Assembly: GCA_050506795.1 (NCBI GenBank)
Contig: JBJHCF010000001.1
Location: 250,886 to 314,885, forward strand
Direction: 5' to 3'
Source: Opitutia bacterium
GTDB lineage: Bacteria; Verrucomicrobiota; Verrucomicrobiia; Opitutales; T3Sed10-336
Length of the DNA: 64,000 nucleotides
Under the pieces are notes generated by a model. That model ran no database searches, was not told the DNA's origin, and saw nothing but the letters and a program-made list of their open reading frames with translations. The position numbers were made by a program, and so were the translations under genes. Shown here in pieces: positions 19,003 to 29,000 of the stretch; the stretch's first letter is position 1, and every line of letters starts with the position of its first letter.

Positions 19003-20796
19003 ATGACTCAATTTGTCCCTTCTCCATTGGGTCGCGCCTCCCGGGTCTCTGTCGTCGGCTTGGCGGCGGTATTACTGGGCGCGAGTGGTTGTAACTCGTT
19101 TCGGTGCTCGGGGACCGGATCCGGCGAAACGGATTCGGGTTGGTGGTGGCCTGTGCAGGAGGCGCCTGCACGGTTGGCAGCGATTCCGATCGGAGCCCTG
19201 GAGGAACTCAATACGGCGGACGGGCTGCCCCACGCCGAAATTGGCACCGGCGGCCCCTATCATACGCTCGTGCAGTCTCTGGCGGGATTGGCGGCGCAGG
19301 GGGTGAACGAGGGACGATTCGATGAAATGGTGTGGATCGACTACGGGTCCGCCTCCAATTCAGAGTGGCGGCGTCGGATCGTGAGCCGGCTTGACCTTGA
19401 GGTCTGGGAGATTCCGGGAGTCTGGGACCTGGTGAGCGAATACCACGAGGCCGGTGTGCTGGACGGATACATTCTTTATCGCTGGGAACCGGTGCCCCGC
19501 TCGCAACGCGGCTACGGCGAGGACGGGGACCAGTCGGTGAATGCGGCCACTATGCTGGCAGGTCTTCATCGGGGAATTCTGGTTGAGGAGAGCATGGAGG
19601 ACAGGGCGCGAGACCTCGGTCTGGAGAGGCTGGCCGACGCACGCGACTTGTCACCGGCAGAAGTCTTTGAGCAATCGAAAGGGGATCTGAGCGATCGTTG
19701 GGTGCTGCTGCAGTCGCCCTGTTTTTCCTTTGTGCGGGATTTTGCGATCGCTCACCGAATGCCGGTCGTTTTCGGGACTGGTGAGTACACGGATTCGGTC
19801 TACGCCTGGATGCCGCCCGGCGGTCTGGTGATCGGTTGGAATAACGCGCCCGAGGACGTATCCGTCATTCAGTTGTCCCGCTACGGTCACACGTTGATTC
19901 CCTCCGATTGGTCCACCAACATGACGGCGCTTTCCGCCGGCGCGATGATGCGCGACTCGCAGCCGAAGTTCGCGCGTCCGGCGCCGGCCGCGCCGGCAAC
20001 GCAAGCCGCCGGCGAACGCCCGCGGATGGGGTTGTTTATGAGCGACGGCGACAACCTGCAATGGCTCCTGACGAACTTCACCCATCACCCGTCGTTCTGG
20101 GCCAACCCGCGCCGGGGGGCGTTCCCGATGGGGTGGGGGCTTCCCGTGGCCGACCTGATCCAGACCGCGCCGGACGTGCACGATTACCTTGTCGAGACGC
20201 AGTCGGACCAGGACACGGTTCTGGTGCACCTGGGGTACTATTATCCGGATTTGCTTGGATCGGAGCTTTCGGCGGAGGGGAGAGAGCGGACGCTTCGCCT
20301 TATGGGACAGCGGATCGAGAGGACCTTGCGGGACAGCGGCGCGCGTCTGCTCACGTTTCTCGTTCACGACCTGGAGGCGCCGGAAGCGATCGAGGCCTAC
20401 CGTATATTTGCCGAAAACAGCCCTTCGCTGGAAGGCATGTTCGCGATCCAGTATCACCCTTACGAAGGCGGGGAGGGCAGGACCTATTCGGTGACGACGG
20501 ACGACGGGCGCGAGGTCCCCGTTTTCACGGCGCGTTACGCGCTCTGGGCCGATACGTCGGGACGCCCCCTGGCGGGGGATCTTGAAAGCCTGGCGGGAAT
20601 CATACGCAACGACCTCGATTCGAATCCCGAGGAGGTGGATATGAGCTGGGTAATCCTGCACGCCTGGTCTAATTTCGAAAGCGGCGACGGGGGGATGCAC
20701 AACGGAATGACGCCGGCGTACGACCTGTTTCGCGAACTCGAAGACCGGGTGGATTTTATATCCCTCGAACAGTGGATCGAGCACGGTCGGGAATGA
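19003..20796 (+). CDS. GxGYxYP-family putative glycoside hydrolase, lipoprotein
   Basis: Lipobox GASGC; SVNAATMLAG, MSDGDNLQW, RGAFPMGWG, LGYYYPD, LHAWS. Confidence 0.75.
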   Translation: MTQFVPSPLGRASRVSVVGLAAVLLGASGCNSFRCSGTGSGETDSGWWWPVQEAPARLAAIPIGALEELNTADGLPHAEIGTGGPYHTLVQSLAGLAAQGVNEGRFDEMVWIDYGSASNSEWRRRIVSRLDLEVWEIPGVWDLVSEYHEAGVLDGYILYRWEPVPRSQRGYGEDGDQSVNAATMLAGLHRGILVEESMEDRARDLGLERLADARDLSPAEVFEQSKGDLSDRWVLLQSPCFSFVRDFAIAHRMPVVFGTGEYTDSVYAWMPPGGLVIGWNNAPEDVSVIQLSRYGHTLIPSDWSTNMTALSAGAMMRDSQPKFARPAPAAPATQAAGERPRMGLFMSDGDNLQWLLTNFTHHPSFWANPRRGAFPMGWGLPVADLIQTAPDVHDYLVETQSDQDTVLVHLGYYYPDLLGSELSAEGRERTLRLMGQRIERTLRDSGARLLTFLVHDLEAPEAIEAYRIFAENSPSLEGMFAIQYHPYEGGEGRTYSVTTDDGREVPVFTARYALWADTSGRPLAGDLESLAGIIRNDLDSNPEEVDMSWVILHAWSNFESGDGGMHNGMTPAYDLFRELEDRVDFISLEQWIEHGRE

Positions 20797-20869
20797 CGGG
20801 ATGGGGAAGCCCTCGAATCGTGAAGAATCCGCTACATTCCAATGATCAAGTGCAACTGGGCTATAAGTG

Positions 20870-22165
20870 TTAGGCCGGGCGGACGAAGCCCGGCAGCAGC
20901 GCCGCTCCTTCGAAGCGAGCCCGTTCACCGAGTTGGCGCCGGATGCGGAGGACCTCATTCCATTTCACCATTCGCTCGCTGCGGGCGAAAGAGCCGACCT
21001 TCAACTGGCCGGCATTCGTGGCCACGGCGAGGTGCGCGATGAAGGCATCCTCGGTCTCACCCGAGCGCGCGCTGACCACCGGATTCCATCCCGCCTCTTG
21101 GGTGAGCCGAATGGCGTCGAGCGTTTCCGAAACCGTGCCGATTTGATTGAGCTTGATCAGGACCGAGTTGGCCATGCCTCCGGCGATGCCTTCCCGTATG
21201 CGGGCAAGGTTGGTCGTGAAAAGGTCGTCGCCGATGACCTGGATCCTTGCGCCGACTTCCTTCTGGAATTTCGTCCAGCCATCCCAATCGGTGTCGGCCA
21301 GCGGGTCTTCGATGGATACGATCGGGTAGCGCCGGCACCAGTCGATCATCAGCTCCACGAATCCATCGGAGTCGAAACTTCGGTCATCGAGCCGGAGGCG
21401 ATAGAGGCCGCTTTTTTCGTCGAAGAGATCGCTGGCGGCAATATCGAGCGAAATGGCGGCCTCCTTTCCGGGGGTGTAGCCGGCCTTCTCCATAGCGGCC
21501 AGAACGGTTTCAAAAACCGCTTCGTTCGACGCGAACTCCGGCCAATAACCGCCCTCGTCGGCCAAGCCATAGCAGACGCCGCGGCTCTTCAGGATATCTC
21601 CGGCGGCGTGATAAATGTTATGGCTGATTTCCAGCGTCTCTTCATAGCTTCGCGCTCCGGTCGCCACCACCATGAAATCCTGAACGTCCGTTCGCCAGTT
21701 CGCGTGCGCGCCCCCGCCTATGATTTGAATTTCGGGAAGAGGGAGGAGGTGGCCTTTCCCATCCCCGAGGTGTTGAAAAAGTGGAATGCCGCGGGCCTTC
21801 GCCGCCGCGTTCGCCACAGCCATGGAAACGGAAAGGATCGTATTGGCACCGTGGCGCTCCTTGTTGGGCGTTCCGTCCAACTCGATCATCAGGCGATCGA
21901 TGGCCTCCTGGTCGAACACGTCGCGGCCGCGCAAGAGCGGCGCGATTTCCCGGTGGAGACAGTCGATCGCCTTGAACACCGATTTCCCGCGGAAGCGCGC
22001 CGGATCCTGGTCGCGCAACTCGTGCGCCTCGTATTGCCCGGTTGACGCGCCGGAGGGAGCGACCCCGCGCCCATGCAACCCGTTCTCCAGAAGCACTTCG
22101 CACTCGATCGTGGGAACACCGCGTGAATCGAAAATTTGATAGGCAGAAATATCTTTGATTTGCAT
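20870..22165 (-). CDS. eno: Enolase (phosphopyruvate hydratase) homologue with divergent active site
   Basis: IFDSRGVPT, PSGASTG, DEGG, LDIAAS, IEDP, GDDL, IKLNQIG, SARSGETED. Confidence 0.9.
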   Translation of the reverse strand: MQIKDISAYQIFDSRGVPTIECEVLLENGLHGRGVAPSGASTGQYEAHELRDQDPARFRGKSVFKAIDCLHREIAPLLRGRDVFDQEAIDRLMIELDGTPNKERHGANTILSVSMAVANAAAKARGIPLFQHLGDGKGHLLPLPEIQIIGGGAHANWRTDVQDFMVVATGARSYEETLEISHNIYHAAGDILKSRGVCYGLADEGGYWPEFASNEAVFETVLAAMEKAGYTPGKEAAISLDIAASDLFDEKSGLYRLRLDDRSFDSDGFVELMIDWCRRYPIVSIEDPLADTDWDGWTKFQKEVGARIQVIGDDLFTTNLARIREGIAGGMANSVLIKLNQIGTVSETLDAIRLTQEAGWNPVVSARSGETEDAFIAHLAVATNAGQLKVGSFARSERMVKWNEVLRIRRQLGERARFEGAALLPGFVRPA

Positions 22166-22196
22166 AAAGCCGTAGTCGGAAATGTGCGGGCCAAAG

Positions 22197-23219
22197 TCAG
22201 GCGCGAAGTACCGCTTCAGTGATCTGAAGGTCGTTCTCGAGCGATCGCCTGGGAGGGATCTTCGCGTCATGCAGTTTCTGATGATACGCACGAACGGCCT
22301 CCGCAGGGTCCAGGGCGTTATCGACCACTTCGCGCAGGAAGCGAACGAAAAGCAGAGGGGATTCGGCATCCTTGATCTTCCGGCCGTAGATGACCGCCCG
22401 GGCGCCGTATTTCCTGGCTTCGCTCACCAGTTTAAAGGCGTCGAGAGTGGTGCCGGATCCTCCTCCGAGAATTCCGACAACGACCGACGGATCATAATGC
22501 ACCAATTCCTCCAGCCAACGAGGGCCGTTGTAGGGGATTTTCAGAAACTCGGGGCGCCCGCGGGGGCCGATGCCGGCCAGGGCGCGCACCAGGCAGTCGT
22601 TGACAAAAGCGGGAATCTTCTCGTCCGGAACACCGCAGGCCACGTTGGGATTGAAGACCTCGAGCATGTAGTGAAACCCATTCAGTTCGGCTTCCTTCCG
22701 AAAGGCCTTGAACGCGTTCATACTGGCGAGATCCGCCTCGAGGTCGTTTGTGAACGTGATTGAGTACAGGCCGAGGTTCACCGTCGGAGGGGACTCACCG
22801 CGCATTCCAAGTCCGCCGTACTGCGCCTCTTCGATGAAGCTGCTGGCAAAGGGAAGCGAAGGTCTTTGCCGGTAGCTTGCGCCGCGGCCCTCCCACTTAT
22901 CGGTGCTGTCGTTGGCGCGAACGGCGGGAGTCACATCGGAACCGTCGAACAAGCGTTCGTCGAACGCCAATCTTCCCATCACCGAGGTGGAGGTAAGCAT
23001 GATGTCGACAAGTCCTTGCCTGACGATTTCACGGATCTGTTCGAGGAACTCCGGCAGACTGCGCCGGCGGTTCGGATCGTCCCTTTCGTCGGGCCAGGGT
23101 TTCCCCAGACTCGGGATGCCCCAGGCCATATCCGCATCCTTGGCGTCCGCGATGATGAATTCTCCGCAATCGGGGTTCTGGCGGAGCTGCTCCAGTTTAT
23201 TCCTTAGTCGTTCCTTCAT
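22197..23219 (-). CDS. Uncharacterised aldolase-like TIM-barrel protein
   Basis: IIADAKDADMA, MLEVFNPN, FLKIPY (candidate Schiff-base Lys), GILGG, YGRKI, spaced like class I aldolase motifs. Confidence 0.6.
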   Translation of the reverse strand: MKERLRNKLEQLRQNPDCGEFIIADAKDADMAWGIPSLGKPWPDERDDPNRRRSLPEFLEQIREIVRQGLVDIMLTSTSVMGRLAFDERLFDGSDVTPAVRANDSTDKWEGRGASYRQRPSLPFASSFIEEAQYGGLGMRGESPPTVNLGLYSITFTNDLEADLASMNAFKAFRKEAELNGFHYMLEVFNPNVACGVPDEKIPAFVNDCLVRALAGIGPRGRPEFLKIPYNGPRWLEELVHYDPSVVVGILGGGSGTTLDAFKLVSEARKYGARAVIYGRKIKDAESPLLFVRFLREVVDNALDPAEAVRAYHQKLHDAKIPPRRSLENDLQITEAVLRA

Positions 23220-24192
23220 GGCATTGCTTGAGAATGTGCGCCCTTAATTCCGGCGAGAGCGGGGCGGAGTCTTCCCGGGCGAGCGTGGCTCGCGTCGGCA
23301 AAGCCGTTCTGCCGCCGAACTGCAGCGCCACCTTCGCGGCGATCCAGGAAGCGAACTCCATACGAAGCGGGAGCGGGAGGCCATCCAGAAGGGCACTGGC
23401 ATAGGCCCCGTGATACGCGTCGCCGCATCCGGTCGTATCCAATGCCCTGACGGAAAACGCCGGTTGATGGTGGACGCCGTCGGGAGTCAATGCCCAGGAT
23501 CCCTCCGTGCCGTCGGTGACGATCAACTGAGCCCGGGTGTGCCGGGCCAGTTGCCGGAGGACTTCCGCGGTCCCGGTTTCCCCGGTCAGGCGTCGGGCGC
23601 CTTCGATCGGGAGGATGGCGTGGCCGGCGTGCGCGAGCAATTTGAGAAGCGTTTCCGGATCGCCCGCTTCGATATCGAGCACGGAAGGAATGCCGTGTTT
23701 TGCGGCCGACTCCAGCACCGTCGATGCGGCCTCCGCTTCGTAGCCGTCCACCAGGACGAGTTTCGCCGTCCGAATCGCATCCGCGGGTATATCTTCGCGC
23801 CGCAAGAAACGGTAGCCGGTCAGATTGTAAAAAACCGTCCGTTCGCCGGTCGCCGGATTAACCTGAACGACGGACACTCCGGGCCGGGCGTGCAGATCGT
23901 CGATGAGAAGGTCCCGGCTGATCCCGCAGCGCTCCATTTCGGCCCGCGCGATCCGGCCGATCGTGTTGTCGCCGATCCGGGCCACGTGGGCCGTCTTCCA
24001 CCCGAGCGATGCCAGCGTGGCGGATGCGTTCGCGGCCGGGCCGCCGCCGGTGATGTTCAGAGAGCGAACCTCGTGTTTTTCGTTTGGGATTACCGATTCA
24101 GGCAGCTGCACGAGCACGTCGACCACAACCAGCCCGGTTACCACGATTTCATGAGACGATGTTTCTGTCACGATTCGATCTCCGATTACCAT
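23197..24192 (-). CDS. PfkB-family carbohydrate kinase
   Basis: GGGPAANAS, DTTGCGDAYHG; start overlaps upstream stop (TGATG) or lies at GTG 24171. Confidence 0.9.
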   Translation of the reverse strand: MVIGDRIVTETSSHEIVVTGLVVVDVLVQLPESVIPNEKHEVRSLNITGGGPAANASATLASLGWKTAHVARIGDNTIGRIARAEMERCGISRDLLIDDLHARPGVSVVQVNPATGERTVFYNLTGYRFLRREDIPADAIRTAKLVLVDGYEAEAASTVLESAAKHGIPSVLDIEAGDPETLLKLLAHAGHAILPIEGARRLTGETGTAEVLRQLARHTRAQLIVTDGTEGSWALTPDGVHHQPAFSVRALDTTGCGDAYHGAYASALLDGLPLPLRMEFASWIAAKVALQFGGRTALPTRATLAREDSAPLSPELRAHILKQCHEGTTKE

Positions 24193-25697
24193 CAACCGCT
24201 TAGCCCGGACGGCCCTGTCGGTTTGGTATCCGCGGAAATCGACGCGACACCCAACCAGTGGTTCAGCATCTCCAGGTCGGCGGCCAAGTGACCGTACCCG
24301 AGGCTCCAGTGATGGTCGAGTCCGCGACTCAATATCGTTCCCATAATCCGGTCGGCGGTCAGCGGCGGGCGAGGTTCCATTAGGCACCAGGCGCCGCGGA
24401 AGGGCATTTCCGTATCCACCAGGTCCCCTTCGAAAGCGAACATGTGTCCGGCATCCGGCGCCTGATAGCGGGCCACGGTTACCGGTCCCAACTCCAGGAG
24501 AAACTCGATCATCATGCCCACGGCGCTTTCCCGGTCGCCGTTCTCAAGAATGGAGTGACGGGTCAGGTCGAAATTCGTACCGGATCGCAGGATACGCGAG
24601 GGGCACGCTCCGCAGTGCCAGATTCCGATCCGGTTCTCAGCGGAATTGTAGGCGGAGAGATCCATCATGGTCGGAATCGAACGCCCTTCGCTCAACAGAT
24701 AGAGGGCAAGCGAGGACAGAATGCCGTTCATTTCTCCCTCTTCCGCGGTGCAGAATCCGGCGTCGTTCAGGATCGATACCGCGCAGTCAATGGCGCACCC
24801 GTAGTGCTCGAAAAGCTCGGGCCAGCTTTTAAAGGTGCAACCCAGGTAATCGCCCTCGGCGCCCATCTTCCAGAGCGCCAGCGCGAAACGCAGGGTGCGA
24901 AGCGCCTGTTCGTCGGGCACATCGCGTTTGCCGAGGCGTTTATCCTCCACCAGCACCCGGAGCAGTTCCGTAACCACTTTCTCGGAGAACGCGGAGGCTT
25001 CGGCGTGAACGGCGGACAAATCGAGCCGGTCGAAACGCACGCCGAAACGTCGCATCACCGCCAACTCGTCGGTTTCCCCGTCGTAGAACGCCGGAACGCG
25101 GGACCCGCCCGCATGCAGTACTTTGGCCCCGGAGAATCTCTCCCTCGCCCGAACTGAACGGCCGAACCGGGTGATCGTATCCTCGATGGAACCCTCGACA
25201 GGAGAGTGCATCCAGGCGTACTTCACTCCGAGCCTTTGCCACATATTCAGGAGGAAATTCTGGCAACAAAGGCTGTTTGCCGAAAGCCGTTCAGAGGGAG
25301 GATCAGGGAATGACCAACTAAGCACGGGGACTCCGTGACGCTGAAGCCAGTGTCCGAATTGCGAGCCGATTTCCCCGGCCGTGTAGGATGCGTGAAAGAA
25401 AACGACGCCGGCCAGGCCGTTGCTCAGGAGCGCGGTCGCGCAGGAGATCAGTTCTTCGGGATCTTCGAACGGTTCGGGAGCCCGGATTATTTCGAAGTGC
25501 TCGCGGTTAAGAAGCTCCTCGACCCGTTCCACCGCGCGGTCGTAACGCGCACAGGCCTGATCGAACGGAAAATGAATCTTCACGCAGCAGGCAAGAACGG
25601 CGATTCGGGTCCGGGCCGGTTTTGGTCGCTCGGCAACCAGATCGCGCAACGCGGAGCCGGTCACTCCTTTTTCGGGCAGGTTCGGTATATTCAACAT
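24192..25697 (-). CDS. L-fucose/L-arabinose isomerase-like protein
   Basis: LSANSLC, KSWPEL, AEEGEMNG, MMDL, WHCGACP, GLDHHWSLGYG. Confidence 0.78.
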   Translation of the reverse strand: MLNIPNLPEKGVTGSALRDLVAERPKPARTRIAVLACCVKIHFPFDQACARYDRAVERVEELLNREHFEIIRAPEPFEDPEELISCATALLSNGLAGVVFFHASYTAGEIGSQFGHWLQRHGVPVLSWSFPDPPSERLSANSLCCQNFLLNMWQRLGVKYAWMHSPVEGSIEDTITRFGRSVRARERFSGAKVLHAGGSRVPAFYDGETDELAVMRRFGVRFDRLDLSAVHAEASAFSEKVVTELLRVLVEDKRLGKRDVPDEQALRTLRFALALWKMGAEGDYLGCTFKSWPELFEHYGCAIDCAVSILNDAGFCTAEEGEMNGILSSLALYLLSEGRSIPTMMDLSAYNSAENRIGIWHCGACPSRILRSGTNFDLTRHSILENGDRESAVGMMIEFLLELGPVTVARYQAPDAGHMFAFEGDLVDTEMPFRGAWCLMEPRPPLTADRIMGTILSRGLDHHWSLGYGHLAADLEMLNHWLGVASISADTKPTGPSGLSG

Positions 25698-25716
25698 TCT
25701 TGTTTCCCTTGGGAAT

Positions 25717-26754
25717 TCAAACACGTTGCAGAAAAGATTCAATCAATTCGGGAATGCGGTGCGGCGGCGAGCTCATCAATGCGGTCACCACCGCGCGCTG
25801 TTTGAGGCGCTCCTCGTGATCGAGGTACTCGAGCGGCGAGCGTCCGGCGACGCGGGCCAGGAGGCAGCCGAGGGTGTGGTGCACGCAGGCTTCGCGAAAC
25901 TCCGGGACCGAGGCGGGAGGCCCCGCCGCTTCCGAGTATAAGCTCCAATACCGGAGCGCGGCTTGAGCGAGGATGGGACGGCGTTCGCGGAAGTGGTGGG
26001 CCTTGGAAAGAAGATGGGTGAGCGAAAAGCCGACATCGAAGGCGGTGTCGCCATAGTGGATCACTTCGTGATCGAGCAGCACCAGCCGGTCGCCGCGCAC
26101 CAGGATGTTCTTGGGACTGAAGTCGCCATGGACCACGCCGCGCGTGGTACGCCGGGTGACGGCGATCAACCGGCGCAAGAATTCAGCCGCTGCCGGTACT
26201 TGTTCGGCCGCGTATCCGTAGTAGGGTTCCAGACGAAGCGTCTCGAAAAACGACCGGTCCGCGAAGGTCTTCGCGGCGTCGGGATCGGAGGCCGAGTTGC
26301 GGTGAAGGGCGGCGAGAAGGGCGGCGAATCCGGCGATATGTGCGTCGGCCGGCGGAGCTGCCATCAGCAAATCCTTCCAGTTGCGGTGAGGTTCGGGGAC
26401 CGCTTCCATGGCCAGAATATGATTTTCCTCGTCCAGGAAAATCAGTCGTGGCACCGAGCCCTCGGGCAACCAGCGGCCAAGCGCTTCCATGCCGCGGGCT
26501 TCCCGCTCGATCCTTCGCGGGTCGCTGAACCAATCGACGGCGGTACGCAGTTTTTTTAACGCCTGCTTCAGAACCCACGCTTCGCCCGAGGATCGGCGCA
26601 CCAGGACGGTGCGGTTCGAAATCCCGCCGATGAGAGTTTCGGCAACCGGTTGCTCTCCGGGCGGAATTCCTCCCGACTCCTTCAGGTAGCGGAACAGGTC
26701 CTCGTGATTTTCAATGTTCGTGCCAGTGCGCGTATCCATATTGACCTCTGTCAT
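25717..26754 (-). CDS. Aminoglycoside-phosphotransferase-fold / methylthioribose-kinase-like sugar kinase
   Basis: GGISN, VLKQA, LRLEPY, VHGDFSPKNIL, LLDHE. Start 26754 or 26739. Confidence 0.82.
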   Translation of the reverse strand: MTEVNMDTRTGTNIENHEDLFRYLKESGGIPPGEQPVAETLIGGISNRTVLVRRSSGEAWVLKQALKKLRTAVDWFSDPRRIEREARGMEALGRWLPEGSVPRLIFLDEENHILAMEAVPEPHRNWKDLLMAAPPADAHIAGFAALLAALHRNSASDPDAAKTFADRSFFETLRLEPYYGYAAEQVPAAAEFLRRLIAVTRRTTRGVVHGDFSPKNILVRGDRLVLLDHEVIHYGDTAFDVGFSLTHLLSKAHHFRERRPILAQAALRYWSLYSEAAGPPASVPEFREACVHHTLGCLLARVAGRSPLEYLDHEERLKQRAVVTALMSSPPHRIPELIESFLQRV

Positions 26755-27880
26755 AATCAGGCTCCACCAGCGAACCTTCATGGTGGGAGCGCATGGTCGC
26801 TTCCCAGAGAATGTGACTGCGGACCGCTTCCTCGGGCGTCACGCAGCCGAAGCGCTCTCCGAGAGTGCCGGCCCATTCGGCCGCGAAAGCGGCGAGCATC
26901 TGCTGAAAACAATCCGAAAATCCGAATTCGGTGATTCCCGGAGTTATCACTTTGAACGGAGGCGTGTTGCCCAGGTCCGTTTTCTGCCACCATTGTTCGC
27001 CGTCACAGAAGAACCGCCACAGGGTTTTGGGTTCCTTGGTGCTGAAACGGTAACACGAATCGACTCCGTACACTTCGAGAAACCAGGTGTCCGTTTCCCC
27101 GGGGGCGACCCGCTTCAGTTCAATGGAAATCGGCACTGAGGTTCCACGGGCATCCGAGAAAATGCCGTCGATCAGGGCGTTTTCCCAGGTGTCGCAGGGT
27201 GCCATACCGCCTCTGCCGTCCGGGCGTTCGTCGACCACCTTTTGCAGCCGTCCGTACACCTGGGTGGGAGCCCATCCCAATCTCATGGGAATATGCACGG
27301 CATGCATACCCAGGTCGTTCATCACTCCGGCGGCCCCGCAGTACTCGATCCGGCGTTTCCAATTGATGGGTTTTTCCGGATTCAGATCACTGGCGTGAAG
27401 GAATCCGCACCGGACCTGCAGCAAACGCCCGCAGGCGCCGCTCTTGATCGCCTCGACAATTCTTTGCGGTCCCGGCCAGAAAGGGAATTCGGAGGAGATC
27501 CGGGCGAAACAACCGTGCTCGCGTATTTCCGCAACAATGCGTTCGGCCGCCCCGCGGTCCACTCCGAACGGCTTTTCGGCAAGCAGGGCCTTTCCCGCCC
27601 GTACAACCTCAAGATAGATCTCCTCGTGGAGGTGATGAGGTACGGCCACGTAAACCGCGTCGACAAAATCGCAGGCCAACATTTCGTCGATTACGGTTGT
27701 CGTTTTCTGGACAGACGGCAGGTTCTGAAACCATTCGAGGACCGCCGCATTACAATCGCAGACTGCGGTAAGCTCCGCTTTGACGCCGACATCCACCAGG
27801 TTGCACCAACGCGCCAGGGCCGATGCGGCCTCCCGGCCCATCAGCCCGCCGCCGATTATTCCGAGCCGGAGCGTTTTCAT
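26711..27880 (-). CDS. Gfo/Idh/MocA-family NAD(P)-dependent oxidoreductase
   Basis: GIIGGGLMG, AVPHHLH, AEKPFG, DLGMH. Confidence 0.9.
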   Translation of the reverse strand: MKTLRLGIIGGGLMGREAASALARWCNLVDVGVKAELTAVCDCNAAVLEWFQNLPSVQKTTTVIDEMLACDFVDAVYVAVPHHLHEEIYLEVVRAGKALLAEKPFGVDRGAAERIVAEIREHGCFARISSEFPFWPGPQRIVEAIKSGACGRLLQVRCGFLHASDLNPEKPINWKRRIEYCGAAGVMNDLGMHAVHIPMRLGWAPTQVYGRLQKVVDERPDGRGGMAPCDTWENALIDGIFSDARGTSVPISIELKRVAPGETDTWFLEVYGVDSCYRFSTKEPKTLWRFFCDGEQWWQKTDLGNTPPFKVITPGITEFGFSDCFQQMLAAFAAEWAGTLGERFGCVTPEEAVRSHILWEATMRSHHEGSLVEPDYDRGQYGYAHWHEH

Positions 27881-28731
27881 GCCTTTGCTCCGCTGTCGGT
27901 TGCGGCAAGATAGGTATCCATGGCCCGATCCGCGGAGAAACTCTCGTGGAGCATCGCCATCAGCGCGCGGGTGATACCCTCGGGGTTAGTATGTTGGATC
28001 ACGTTGCGACCGTACACGATTCCCGCCGCCCCTTGTTCCAGGAGTTCGCCGGTCCGTTGGAGGATTTCCCGGTCGCTGACCTTGCCTCCGCCGCGAACCA
28101 GCACCGGCACGCCTGCTGCGGTTTCGATGACCCGGTGATAATCCGCGGTGTCGTCCGTCGGGTCGGCCTTGATAACGTCGGCGCCCAGTTCCACCGCCTG
28201 GCGCACCAATCCGAGAATCTTGTTCAAGTCCCCGTCGCTCATGTAGCCGCCCGCTTCTTCGTTCGGTTTGAAGACCAGCGGTTCGATCATCAGAGGCATT
28301 CCGTAGCGATCACACGTTGGCTGGAGGCGGGCGATCGAACGGATACATTGTTCGGTGAGCTCGTCGGCGCCGGGAACGCGCAACAGGTTGACCACCACGC
28401 AGGCGGCGTCGAGCCGCAACGCGGTCTCGACCGCTTCATCGACAGCGAAAGCAAAGGAGCGCGTCGGCAGCTTGCGTCCGTAGCAATTGGCGACATCAGT
28501 CCGCATTACCAGCGCCGGTTTCGGCCGCACGGGCATTGCCTGAAGCACGCGCGCCATTCCCGGAGCGAGCTGAATGGCGTCGGGAGCGGCGGCGAGAAGC
28601 TTTTCCAGGGCTTTCGGCAGGTTCTCGATTCCCCGGTGAAATTCCTGCTCACCGAAGAAACCGTGGTCCACGGCCACATCGAAGCAACGTTCCGTTGCGG
28701 GATTAAACAGTCGATTCAGTCGGTATTTCAT
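27877..28731 (-). CDS. Class I aldolase, DhnA/LsrF family
   Basis: RLNRLF, VAVDHG, MIEPL, ELGADVIKAD, VRGGG, YGRN. Confidence 0.9.
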   Translation of the reverse strand: MKYRLNRLFNPATERCFDVAVDHGFFGEQEFHRGIENLPKALEKLLAAAPDAIQLAPGMARVLQAMPVRPKPALVMRTDVANCYGRKLPTRSFAFAVDEAVETALRLDAACVVVNLLRVPGADELTEQCIRSIARLQPTCDRYGMPLMIEPLVFKPNEEAGGYMSDGDLNKILGLVRQAVELGADVIKADPTDDTADYHRVIETAAGVPVLVRGGGKVSDREILQRTGELLEQGAAGIVYGRNVIQHTNPEGITRALMAMLHESFSADRAMDTYLAATDSGAKA

Positions 28732-28876
28732 ATTGGCTTTCCCCTGGACGGTACCGTCTCAAACTGCGGCGGCGTTTTGAACACTGTAACAGAGAACGGA
28801 CGAAAGCGGCGACCCCGCTTCCTGGGTGTTTCGCGCACTTTCACCTTCGTATTGCGGGTTCGCAACGATGTCCTTA

Positions 28877-28891
28877 TGTTTACCGATAGAT
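28877..28891. promoter_or_regulatory. LacI-type operator candidate, copy 1
   Basis: TGTTTACCGATAGAT. Confidence 0.7.
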
Positions 28892-29000
28892 GAAGGCAAC
28901 ACCGGCCACCCGGAACGAAATCGCGCGGGCGGCGACCGCTGGGTGGAGGACAAGACAGTCAGGAAAGGAGAAAATCCTGGAACGAATGGCGGGGCGTTTA

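Noticed and set aside
20867..22045. 392-aa ORF antisense to enolase
   Set aside because: Shadow frame of a GC-rich conserved gene with no recognisable motifs
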